A stretch of DNA of 64,000 nt, taken from positions 17,589-81,588 of the forward strand of contig JBBTXY010000003.1 in the NCBI GenBank assembly GCA_038062075.1, in the 5' to 3' direction. The translations under genes were made by a program, and so were the position numbers. The notes beneath the pieces are model-generated. The model was given only the letters and a program-made list of their open reading frames with translations, did no database searches and had not been told where the DNA came from. Positions 19,553 to 28,340 of the stretch are shown here, piece after piece. This DNA is from Patescibacteria group bacterium. Its GTDB lineage: Bacteria > Patescibacteriota > Minisyncoccia > Phycocordibacterales > UBA2100. Each line of letters begins with the position of its first letter. Positions within the stretch are counted from its first letter, which is position 1.

Positions 19553-20267
19553 CTCCGAGTATCGCGTCCTCGACGAGCATGCGGAGATCCGAGGGAGCCA
19601 GGAATTTCTGCGACAGCTGCGGATTATTCTCTTTTACGAGCTCGAACAGCTCTTTTTCTACTATTTCCGTTATTTCTTCCTGTTTGTCGAAAAGCGGGGT
19701 ACCGCCATACAGCTCATTCCCAACATCAATATTCATTTTCGGGCTCCGTTTCCGCAGAGCTTCGAAACGTTGGTGCCAATCTTGCAGATATGCACGCCCG
19801 TCAGGCGTCGTACCGAGACACGAGTCCACATACCTCATTATCTTTTCTTTCATGTTCCATGTATCGAAATCCCGCAAGTCATGTCCCGTCACTCTCTCAA
19901 TGCCGCGTTTCTCCCGCTCCATTTGATCAAGTATCTTTGAGTCCGATCCGGTCATGACGAGTCCCTCTGATGTCCGCGTTCCCGGCAATTGCGCCTGTTC
20001 TTTCTGCAGACGCTTGTCCCAATCATGGGTCAGGGCGGCGGACGTGAGCTCGTGCAGGTCGGCCTCCTCAAGCCCCGCGAGCCTGCCGAGCATGTATGCG
20101 GTGACGCCCGCAAGCAAGCAGTGTTCGGCGATATTGCGCCAACCTTCGGATCCGTGGCCCAATATCTTCCCTTTCTTTAGGACGCGCATCGCATCAATGT
20201 GGGACAACGCGAAACGCGAGAAATATTTCGTCTTTGCATCTTCTTGTACGGGCTTCTCTAATGGCAT
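19536..20267 (-). CDS. HD-domain phosphohydrolase
   Basis: NIAEH...ALTHD...YVD metal-binding pattern. Confidence 0.7.
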   Translation of the reverse strand: MPLEKPVQEDAKTKYFSRFALSHIDAMRVLKKGKILGHGSEGWRNIAEHCLLAGVTAYMLGRLAGLEEADLHELTSAALTHDWDKRLQKEQAQLPGTRTSEGLVMTGSDSKILDQMEREKRGIERVTGHDLRDFDTWNMKEKIMRYVDSCLGTTPDGRAYLQDWHQRFEALRKRSPKMNIDVGNELYGGTPLFDKQEEITEIVEKELFELVKENNPQLSQKFLAPSDLRMLVEDAILGDAHKE

Positions 20268-20313
20268 ATTTTTGCTGGGAACATAGAACATTATACGTTA
20301 CAGTGAGGGCGTC

Positions 20314-21618
20314 ATGAGTTCGGGATATATCATAGGCGTCATAGGATTATGGCACTTGGGGGAGGTGTATTCGGCATGTTTGGCGGAGATCGGCCACACG
20401 GTCGTTGGGTTGAGTGAAGACATAACCCTCATTGAGAATTTCCAGAAGAACATTCCGCCGCTTGCGGAACCGAAACTCACCGAGTTGCTTGAAGCGAACC
20501 AGAAAGCCGGGCGGCTCTCATTCTCGACCGATCTATCGAAGGTGAAAGATTCCACGATCGTGTGGTTTACAGAAGATGTCCCGACTGACGAGAACGACAC
20601 GGCGGATGTCTCAGGACTTATCGGCACTGCGAAAAAGATCGCGCCATATCTCTTTCAAGGAGTTACCATCGCCGTTTCAAGCCAGCTTCCTGTTGGTACT
20701 TCTGCGAACATTATTGAGACGATCAAAGCCACACGACCTGATTTACAGTTTGAGTATTTCTATTCGCCGGAAAACCTGCGCTTAGGAGACGCGGTCAGGT
20801 GCTTCATGGAGCAGAAACGAGTCGTCGTGGGTGCACAAACACCGCGCGGACTGGAGGTGGCAAGGGAGATTTTCGCGCCCTTGAAGACGGAAATCGTAAG
20901 CATGTCGCCAGCATCTGCGGAAATGGCCAAGCATGCTCTGAATGCGTGGCTTGCGACGTCCATCGGATTCGCAAACGACCTCGCCGACGTGTGCGAGAAA
21001 GTCGGCGCTGATGTCGAGGATGTTATCAAAGCATTAAAGAGCGAGCCGCGGGTGGGGGAGAAAGCCTATCTTTTCGCGGGGCTCGGATTCGCAGGCTGGT
21101 CCATTGCTCGCGACTTGAAAGTACTCATGGCAGTAGCTGGAGAGAAGCACATTGAGCTTCCCATCATCGCTGGTGCCTACGCGAAAAACCGCGCGCGCAC
21201 GAGCATCGTCCTTGCCCGACTGCGCGAACGCTTCGGCGAGATCAAAGGTAAAACATTCGCCATTTTTGGCGTCACCTATAAGGCAGGAACGCCGACTTTG
21301 CGCCATTCGCAATCTCTTCAGGTAGAAGCGGAGTTATGGGCTGCGGGCGCGACGATCCGGCTCTACGATCCGCTCGCAAGAGCTGATGATGTTGCGGTCG
21401 TAACGCCCGCAGCGTTCTTTAACGATCCGTATGAGGCAGTGCAGGGTGCTGATGGCGTCCTTATCCTCGTTCCCGATAGAGCCTTACAGGAGTTGGATTT
21501 CAAAAAAATCGCATCTATAATGCGAACGCCGTTTCTTTTTGATGCACAAAACATTTTGGTTTCGAAAGAGACAACCATTCGCGCCGAAGGCATTGAGTAT
21601 AGTAGTATTGGACGATGA
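20314..21618 (+). CDS. UDP-glucose/GDP-mannose dehydrogenase family protein, atypical
   Basis: SPENLR.G, SAEMAK, GVTYK...R.S; catalytic-Cys motif replaced by GFAGWSIARD. Confidence 0.8.
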   Translation: MSSGYIIGVIGLWHLGEVYSACLAEIGHTVVGLSEDITLIENFQKNIPPLAEPKLTELLEANQKAGRLSFSTDLSKVKDSTIVWFTEDVPTDENDTADVSGLIGTAKKIAPYLFQGVTIAVSSQLPVGTSANIIETIKATRPDLQFEYFYSPENLRLGDAVRCFMEQKRVVVGAQTPRGLEVAREIFAPLKTEIVSMSPASAEMAKHALNAWLATSIGFANDLADVCEKVGADVEDVIKALKSEPRVGEKAYLFAGLGFAGWSIARDLKVLMAVAGEKHIELPIIAGAYAKNRARTSIVLARLRERFGEIKGKTFAIFGVTYKAGTPTLRHSQSLQVEAELWAAGATIRLYDPLARADDVAVVTPAAFFNDPYEAVQGADGVLILVPDRALQELDFKKIASIMRTPFLFDAQNILVSKETTIRAEGIEYSSIGR

Positions 21619-22604
21619 ATCCCGGGATGAAAATCGCGCTTGTTGGCGCAGGAGGCATAGGGAGCACGTGGGCGAAAGCGCTTCAGAAGAGCGGCGCGCA
21701 CGTATCTGTTGTCGTTGATACAGACGAGTCGAGAGCCAAAGAAGCTGCCGTCATGCTTGGAGCGGAGTCTACGACCGACTGGAAGGAAGCCGTGGGAAGA
21801 GCGGACGCGGCGATTGTTGCCGTGCCGCACGTGTATTTGGCGCCGATAGTGAAAGGATTTCTCTCAGGAGGAGTACATGTGCTGTGCGAAAAACCAGGGG
21901 GGATTTCGTCGCACGAGGTGGCGGACGTAGTCGCACTCGCATCACAGAAAGGCCTCGTCTACATGCCCGGCTTCAATCATCGCTATCATCCTGCGTTTGC
22001 GGAGGCGAAGAGGCGCTTCGACGCGAGCGAGATAGGAGACCTCATGTTCATCCGTGCCCGATATGGTTTCGGCGGGCGGAAGGACTTTGAGAAAGAATGG
22101 CGGTTCGATGCGGGAGTTTCCGGCGGGGGTGAGCTTCTCGATCAGGGCATCCACATGATAGACATAGCGCGCTGGTTCATGAGGGACATTGTCGACGTCA
22201 AAGGCTTCGCGGAGAATATGTTCTGGGGCGGAGGAGTCGAAGATAACAGCTTTCTCCTTCTGCGGAATGCCGCGCATCGAGTCGCGCAGATCCATGTGTC
22301 GTGGACGAATTGGGACTGGATACACTCGTTCGAGATATTTGGCACAAAAGGCTATCTCATTATCGACGGTCTTGATTCGCGCTATCGCGGCCCGGAGCGG
22401 CTGACAGTGGGGCATGCCGATCCGCGTGCCGGGACTTTTCCTACGGAAGAAACCATCACGTATGCGGAAGAGAAGAAAGAAGATTCCCTGCGGCGGGAGG
22501 CTGAGGCGTTCGCAGAAGCCGTCGCGGGGAAAGCAGTTGCCATTCCGAGCGGAGCCGATGCGGTCGCAGCACTTCGTATTGTCGAAGAGGTATATGGGAA
22601 ATAA
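21615..22604 (+). CDS. Gfo/Idh/MocA oxidoreductase
   Basis: GAGGIG, CEKP, GFNHRY, GGGELLDQGIH. Confidence 0.9.
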   Translation: MNPGMKIALVGAGGIGSTWAKALQKSGAHVSVVVDTDESRAKEAAVMLGAESTTDWKEAVGRADAAIVAVPHVYLAPIVKGFLSGGVHVLCEKPGGISSHEVADVVALASQKGLVYMPGFNHRYHPAFAEAKRRFDASEIGDLMFIRARYGFGGRKDFEKEWRFDAGVSGGGELLDQGIHMIDIARWFMRDIVDVKGFAENMFWGGGVEDNSFLLLRNAAHRVAQIHVSWTNWDWIHSFEIFGTKGYLIIDGLDSRYRGPERLTVGHADPRAGTFPTEETITYAEEKKEDSLRREAEAFAEAVAGKAVAIPSGADAVAALRIVEEVYGK

Positions 22605-23409
22605 AACGGCATTGATCACGGGTGGCAGTCGCGGAATAGGGCTCGCGATCGCGCGAGGCTTGGCAAACGACGGATACGAGGTGATCCTGGTTGCGCGTAA
22701 ACAGGAAGAACTTAACGATGTGCAAAAGAGCATGCCGTCTCGCGCACAGACGTTCGCGGTTGATGTCACTGATGCGGAGGCGGTCGCTGGAATGTGTCGG
22801 ACGATTCCTGCACTCGATATTCTCGTCAACGCCGCAGGCGTGATAGAGCCGATCGGATCGATCGAGAATGTCGATCCGGAGCAATGGCTCCAGCTCTTGA
22901 AAATCAATGTGTTCGGGACATTCCTCATGACACACGCCTGCGTCCCGCTCCTTGCAAAACGCGGTGGCACCATCATTAATTTCGTGGGAGGTGGAGAAGG
23001 CGCGTTTCCGAATTTCAGCGCGTATGCCGCAAGCAAGGGCGCAATCGCGCGCTTCACCGAAACCGCTGCGGTGGAGCTGAAGACAAAGAACATCACGGTG
23101 AACGCCATAGCGCCGGGGCCGGTCAACACGAAGATGACGGACAACATGATAGCTGCAGGGGAGGACGCGGGAGCACAATACGAACGGGCGCTTAAGCAAA
23201 AAGAGAGTGCCGCGGCGACGCCGGAGAAGGTCGTGCGTCTCGCACTCTGGCTGTGTTCCGATGCGTCTCGCGGCATCACGGGGAAAATTATCTCCGCGCA
23301 ATGGGATGACTACGAGAAGTTTCCGGAACATAGAAAAGAGATTTCCTCGACCGACGTGTACACAATGCGGCGTGTGCGGCCGAAGGACCGCGGACTCTCA
23401 TGGGAATGA
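22594..23409 (+). CDS. Short-chain dehydrogenase/reductase
   Basis: TGGSRGIG, NAAG, YAASK, VNAIAPG. Confidence 0.9.
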   Translation: MGNKTALITGGSRGIGLAIARGLANDGYEVILVARKQEELNDVQKSMPSRAQTFAVDVTDAEAVAGMCRTIPALDILVNAAGVIEPIGSIENVDPEQWLQLLKINVFGTFLMTHACVPLLAKRGGTIINFVGGGEGAFPNFSAYAASKGAIARFTETAAVELKTKNITVNAIAPGPVNTKMTDNMIAAGEDAGAQYERALKQKESAAATPEKVVRLALWLCSDASRGITGKIISAQWDDYEKFPEHRKEISSTDVYTMRRVRPKDRGLSWE

Positions 23410-24125
23410 TCACGCAAGCAGTCATATCAGCAGGAGGATTCGGGACTCGTTTGAAGCCATTTACTGATACTGCACCAAAGCCCATGGTGCCAATTTTAGG
23501 TAAACCGCTTCTGGAGTGGCACATCGAGCAATTTAAGAAGCATGGTGTGACCGAGTTTTTTCTTACGCTGCATTATTTGCCCGAGGTTATAAGGGAGTAT
23601 TTTCAAGACGGTTCATCCCGAGGCGTGCATATTGAGTATGTGGTTGAAGCAGAGCCACTCGGCTCTGCGGGAGGATTGAAACTCGTAGAGAAGAAATTAG
23701 ACACGCGATTCTTTTACATCTACGGCGATACCTTCAGTCTCATGGACTATTCCGCGATGGCACAAAACTACGCGACAAGAAAGGATCCTCTTGGCATGCA
23801 GAGGATGAAGCAGACCGGCGACTACGCTGATGCTGACGTTGCAGAACTCGATGAAAATTGCAGGTTTGTCGGCATTCATGCGAAGCCACATTCGCATATA
23901 TACAAAAACGCCTATCGTATGCGCGGCGTCTTTATTCTTGAAAAGGAGATATGCAACTTCATTCCAGATGGCCCGTCAGACTTGGCTAAGCAGGTGCTTC
24001 CAGCGGTGCTTGCCGCGGGCAAGAATTTCTACGGCTACGAGTGCGACGATTACTCGAAAGGCATTGATACTGTCGAAAAACTGCGGGAGGTTGAAAGCTA
24101 CCTCACAACGCGCGGGTTAGGATAG
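23400..24125 (+). CDS. Sugar-1-phosphate nucleotidyltransferase (HddC-like)
   Basis: AGGFGTRL...PKPM, EAEPLGSAG, YGD. Confidence 0.85.
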   Translation: MGMITQAVISAGGFGTRLKPFTDTAPKPMVPILGKPLLEWHIEQFKKHGVTEFFLTLHYLPEVIREYFQDGSSRGVHIEYVVEAEPLGSAGGLKLVEKKLDTRFFYIYGDTFSLMDYSAMAQNYATRKDPLGMQRMKQTGDYADADVAELDENCRFVGIHAKPHSHIYKNAYRMRGVFILEKEICNFIPDGPSDLAKQVLPAVLAAGKNFYGYECDDYSKGIDTVEKLREVESYLTTRGLG

Positions 24126-25103
24126 TTCTGAAAGACGCACAACACGTTTCTCTTGGAAGGAGCGACGTCCCGCATCTACAACATGCGCCTGTACGAGCAG
24201 GTCTTCTTCGTAGCGTTTTGTGCTTGCTTCGCCCAAGGCCACCTCGCTGCAAAAGTCATCAACCATGAGTTTGAAATGATCGGCCGGCTCGATGCATATT
24301 TCTTCGCGGGCATTTCCGACTTCTAGAAATATTCTCACGGCCAAGTCTTTGGGAACCGCATAGGCCCGCTCCATACTGATGCTTCCTTTCGTTCCGAGCA
24401 CGCGGTATGTGGAGCGATAGTCGGAGTCGAACGCGCTTGAGATAGAGGCAGTGCGGCCGGAATACGTAAGAGTGGCGTCAGCTTTCACATCCACTCCGAG
24501 CGCGGGATCTATCGTCAGGTTGCAGGTGATACTTTGCGGCTCTTCGCCGAAAGCAAAGCGGCTGGCGCGGATGGGATAAACAAGCGCGTCATAGTAAATG
24601 CCTCCGCCTAAGCGTGCATTGAGCCGGATATTGCCAACGTCAGGCATGGGGAATGCAAAGCGGCCTTCGAATCCGGTTATTTCTCCGAGTGTGCCGCTCT
24701 GGATGATCTCGCGTACCCGTTTCTGTTGCGGGTGGTAGAGGAACATGAAGCCCTCCATCAGGCGCACATTATTTGCGCGCGCGGCAGTCACCATTTTTTG
24801 TGCTGACGCATACGAAAGCGCGGCGGGCTTCTCGCACCACACGTGTTTGCCTGCTTCGAGTGCGCGAACACTCCATTCTTCGTGGAGGGAATTGGGAAGG
24901 GAAATATAGACCGCGTCTATGTTCGGATTCGCGAGCACGTTTTCGTACGAACTGGCCGGGCAATCGAATCCCTGCACATTCGCAGGAGTGCGGCTCCCTA
25001 CCATTGCCAACTCCGCGTGCGTGCTTGCAATAATCGCGGGGATCGCGGCTTTTTTCGCGATGCGTGATGCGCCCAAAACCCCGAATCGTATCTTGTTGTG
25101 CAT
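24117..25103 (-). CDS. Gfo/Idh/MocA oxidoreductase (NDP-hexose ketoreductase-like)
   Basis: GVLGASRIA, YISLPN..H, CEKP, EGFMFLYHP. Confidence 0.9.
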   Translation of the reverse strand: MHNKIRFGVLGASRIAKKAAIPAIIASTHAELAMVGSRTPANVQGFDCPASSYENVLANPNIDAVYISLPNSLHEEWSVRALEAGKHVWCEKPAALSYASAQKMVTAARANNVRLMEGFMFLYHPQQKRVREIIQSGTLGEITGFEGRFAFPMPDVGNIRLNARLGGGIYYDALVYPIRASRFAFGEEPQSITCNLTIDPALGVDVKADATLTYSGRTASISSAFDSDYRSTYRVLGTKGSISMERAYAVPKDLAVRIFLEVGNAREEICIEPADHFKLMVDDFCSEVALGEASTKRYEEDLLVQAHVVDAGRRSFQEKRVVRLSELS

Positions 25104-25111
25104 CCAAAGGT

Positions 25112-25537
25112 TTACGCGGCAGGCGGTTTGTAGTTCGGATCGCCATGATCGCCGACACCCATGCCGAGGTTTTCGTGGATGATCGGGACCTTGCAGTCAT
25201 CCCATTTTTTGGTGAGAAATGTCACGATGTTCATGTCGGTGATCGCGTAAAGGACGTGGACGACGCCGCGCGGCGTATAGGTGCAATCGCCTTTCCCCAC
25301 ATAGAGGAAATCTTCCTTCCCGTTCTCATCCTTCGAGACGAGGACGCCGTGGCCGTCGGTGATGACGTAGTACTCGTCGAATTCGGGGTGGGAGTGGTTG
25401 CCGCGGATCTTGCCCTTATTGATGAACTGAAAATTGAATTCGACAATGGGTTTTTCGGGGTAGAAGGTGAAGATGCCGCCGCGCCCGTCGCGGACGGTAT
25501 CAAGGTTGCACGCAGGCTGGATCTTTCTCGTATTCAT
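25112..25537 (-). CDS. Cupin (FdtA/WxcM/RmlC-like sugar isomerase)
   Basis: DGRG, RGNHSH...EY...G.G, GVVH. Confidence 0.75.
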   Translation of the reverse strand: MNTRKIQPACNLDTVRDGRGGIFTFYPEKPIVEFNFQFINKGKIRGNHSHPEFDEYYVITDGHGVLVSKDENGKEDFLYVGKGDCTYTPRGVVHVLYAITDMNIVTFLTKKWDDCKVPIIHENLGMGVGDHGDPNYKPPAA

Positions 25538-25620
25538 AGGGCTACTGTATCAGAAAGACATGACCTCGCAACGGAACGCAAGCGTCTTCCCATTCGCTCC
25601 GGATTCTGTAGACTGGTGCG

Positions 25621-26271
25621 ATGGGTTTCATCTTTCAGCCGAACCGTCACGTGCTGTTGCAGCAGGTGACGAAGTATGCCTATTACATCCATGGCAGGAC
25701 GCTTGATGTCGGCTGTGGGCCAACCCCCCGGTACCGTCACTTGTTCAAGGAGTGCACGGAATACGTGAAGATGGACATCGAGGCGGGAGAAAATGTTGAT
25801 GTCGTTGGTTTCGCCGAAGCGATACCGTTTCCTGACGATTCGTTCGACTCCATCGTCTGCACCGAGACCATTCAGGATGTTTTTGAGCCGGTCAAAGGCA
25901 TAACCGAATTCGCGAGGGTATTGAAGAAAGGCGGTGTTGTGCTTATGACGGCGCCAAGCATTTCAAGGCAATCGGAGAGCCGGACCGATAATTGGCGATT
26001 CACTCGGCATAGCTTCAGGAAGCTCGCAGAAGACGCCGGCTTCAGAGTCGAGGTATTCGAACAACGCGGAGCATTCTGGAGCACGCGAGCACAGCTCACT
26101 ATAAGCTACTGGATTGCCAAATTCGGGGTCTATGGCGCATGGTACGAACGACCGTTCGGAATTCTGGCATCGGCGTTCGGAAGGTTCTCAATATGGCTCG
26201 ATGGGTTCGAGAAGGAGCCGTTGCGCAACGCATTCACGAACGGGTATCTCCTTGTCGGGAGGAAATCATGA
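25621..26271 (+). CDS. Class I SAM-dependent methyltransferase
   Basis: LDVGCG..PY-like, PFPDDSFD, RVLKKGG. Confidence 0.85.
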   Translation: MGFIFQPNRHVLLQQVTKYAYYIHGRTLDVGCGPTPRYRHLFKECTEYVKMDIEAGENVDVVGFAEAIPFPDDSFDSIVCTETIQDVFEPVKGITEFARVLKKGGVVLMTAPSISRQSESRTDNWRFTRHSFRKLAEDAGFRVEVFEQRGAFWSTRAQLTISYWIAKFGVYGAWYERPFGILASAFGRFSIWLDGFEKEPLRNAFTNGYLLVGRKS

Positions 26272-27549
26272 GGAGGTGTGTTCTTTGTTTCGGATCGCGT
26301 ACCACAGATACCACGTAATGACGCACGACGCCGCATAGGTAAGCACTTGCCCGGCGACCGCGCCCCAGAGACCGAATGTCTTGATAAGAAGAAGAGCGCT
26401 TATCGCGGCAATGATGCTGGGGATGTTCCACAGATACAAGAGGCGTCTCGGGATGAGCGTGACGCGGGAATCAATAGCGGCACCCACGAGTGCAGTCCCG
26501 ACCTGGAGGAGGATCGTGATGGAAAAGAAGAGTGAGAGCGGGACGGCTTCGATGTATTGGGGGAAGAAGATAAAGTAAAACGGATATGCGAGCAGACAGT
26601 AGGCGAGCGTTATGCCAGCCCCCAGGATGAAGAGCACGCCGGTGCGCTTCATGAGGATGCTCTTGATGGCCGCAGTGCTCTGTCCTGCAAGTTTCGGCAG
26701 CGCAAGGATGGTCGGCGTATTCACGATGGTTCGCAGGTGGGAGACCGGTGCCATCGCGAATGCAAACAGTGCGAGTTCGGCAGCGCCGAGGTAATGGAAA
26801 ACGAGGATGGCGTCGAGTGACGATATCACGATGTTGGATGCGTTGATGGCGCTGGAGTGGAGCGCGTAGGAGAGCGCGCCGGGTTCGTTTGTGTCGTTTG
26901 AGGGGAATTTACGGAGCGTTATCTGCAGGGAAATATATCGTGTGAGCGTCCAGGCGCTGGCATACACTGCAAAGATAATAATGGGATTGTCGGTGAAGAA
27001 GAGTGTGGCGATAAGCGCCGCGGCAGCGGCGATCTGCCCGAGGACGCCAAGAATGCTTGAGAGCTTGAAATCTTTCTTCCCCACAAGAACCGCATTGAAT
27101 ATCCCAAACGGCTCCATGAAAGGAATGAAGAACGCCGCGAAGATGAGCCCAGTGCCAAGCGTATCGTTCCCGTTGTAGAAGTAGTACGCCGCGCCGCAGA
27201 GGGCGCCCAAGGAGCCGAGAAGGCTCCAGCGCATCTTCGCCCAGAGCCCCATCATGACCGTGCCGTCGTTCCCGCGTGCGGCACCCTGCGTGACGGCGGT
27301 GTCCATCCCGCGCAGACAGGCGACGCAGAAGATGCCGAAGAGGGTGAGAATGTATTTGTAGACGCCGTAATCGTGCTGGGTGAGAAGATTTGCAAAGGCA
27401 AGCGCAAGGAGAAATGAGACTGCGGCAGTTATAATGGAAGAACTTGAGAGCCAAAAACTGCCCCGCGCAAGGTAGACCATGTCGGTCCCGGTATATTTCT
27501 CGCTCCAGCGCAAGGCGCGCACGAGCTGTTCCTTCGAGTACCGATACAT
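26266..27549 (-). CDS. Wzx-like polysaccharide flippase
   Basis: Multi-TM protein; ANLLTQHDYGVY, LGAAELALF, FGLWGA. Confidence 0.85.
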   Translation of the reverse strand: MYRYSKEQLVRALRWSEKYTGTDMVYLARGSFWLSSSSIITAAVSFLLALAFANLLTQHDYGVYKYILTLFGIFCVACLRGMDTAVTQGAARGNDGTVMMGLWAKMRWSLLGSLGALCGAAYYFYNGNDTLGTGLIFAAFFIPFMEPFGIFNAVLVGKKDFKLSSILGVLGQIAAAAALIATLFFTDNPIIIFAVYASAWTLTRYISLQITLRKFPSNDTNEPGALSYALHSSAINASNIVISSLDAILVFHYLGAAELALFAFAMAPVSHLRTIVNTPTILALPKLAGQSTAAIKSILMKRTGVLFILGAGITLAYCLLAYPFYFIFFPQYIEAVPLSLFFSITILLQVGTALVGAAIDSRVTLIPRRLLYLWNIPSIIAAISALLLIKTFGLWGAVAGQVLTYAASCVITWYLWYAIRNKEHTSS

Positions 27550-27639
27550 CGCACCATCCTAGCGCGAAGAGCGTGTTTTTGATAGACAGAGCGCGAGACA
27601 GTTCCCTTGTGGTTCGTCGGCGGATGATACAATCGCCGC

Positions 27640-28140
27640 ATGCGCAAGCCAGATAGCAACTACGCGTTCATCGATGCGCAGAACGTGTACATGGGGACGA
27701 GGGCGACTGGATGGACGATAGACGCATTCAAACTCCGCGTGTATCTGCGCGAGACATTCGATGTTGAGCGCGCATATTGGTTCGTCGGTTTCCTATCAGA
27801 CATGCAAGACTTCTACACACTGCTTCAGCGCGCAGGATATGTGCTCATATTCAAGGAAGTATCGCGTGATCACGAAGGGACACCGAAAGGGAATGTCGAC
27901 GTCGACCTCACGCTTCATGCTGTGGATTTGCAGTCGGAGTACGACAAGGCTGTCCTCCTCACGAGCGATGGGGATTTCGCCAGTCTGGTGCGCTACTTAC
28001 GCGAGCGCGGCAAGCTTCGTGCGATCTTGAGCCCGAATCGCGCACGTACATCAAGACTCCTTCGCAAGGCGGTCGGCAGCAGTGCGAGCTTGCAGTATCT
28101 CGAAGATGCAAAACAAAAGATCGCACGCGCAGCGTTATGA
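27640..28140 (+). CDS. NYN-domain (LabA/DUF88, PIN-like) ribonuclease
   Basis: FIDAQN, KGNVDVDL, TSDGDF acidic motifs. Confidence 0.9.
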   Translation: MRKPDSNYAFIDAQNVYMGTRATGWTIDAFKLRVYLRETFDVERAYWFVGFLSDMQDFYTLLQRAGYVLIFKEVSRDHEGTPKGNVDVDLTLHAVDLQSEYDKAVLLTSDGDFASLVRYLRERGKLRAILSPNRARTSRLLRKAVGSSASLQYLEDAKQKIARAAL

Positions 28141-28156
28141 GAACCAATAGCCCCTC

Positions 28157-28214
28157 AAAAAAGAAAAAGCCCTCCGAGGGACGAACCCTTTGGCGAGCTT
28201 CTTCATAGTGATTA
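28157..28214 (-). ncRNA. Candidate small RNA convergent with the NYN gene
   Basis: Minus-strand TTGACT-16-(TGc)TAGTAT promoter at 28247-28220, followed by a G·U-containing hairpin and U-tract. Confidence 0.45.
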
Positions 28215-28340
28215 GCTACATACTAGCAACCATCCGTAAAAAGTCAATGAGAAAAATGGGGATTGGGCAGGGCTGTGCGGCTGAAGTCGCGTCTGATACT
28301 GCAGCTAGCGCATGTAAGCCATTTTTGATAGATTGCGCGG

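Noticed and set aside
21942-23279. 445-aa minus-strand ORF
   Set aside because: Antisense to the Gfo and SDR genes; open antisense frames are typical of SDRs
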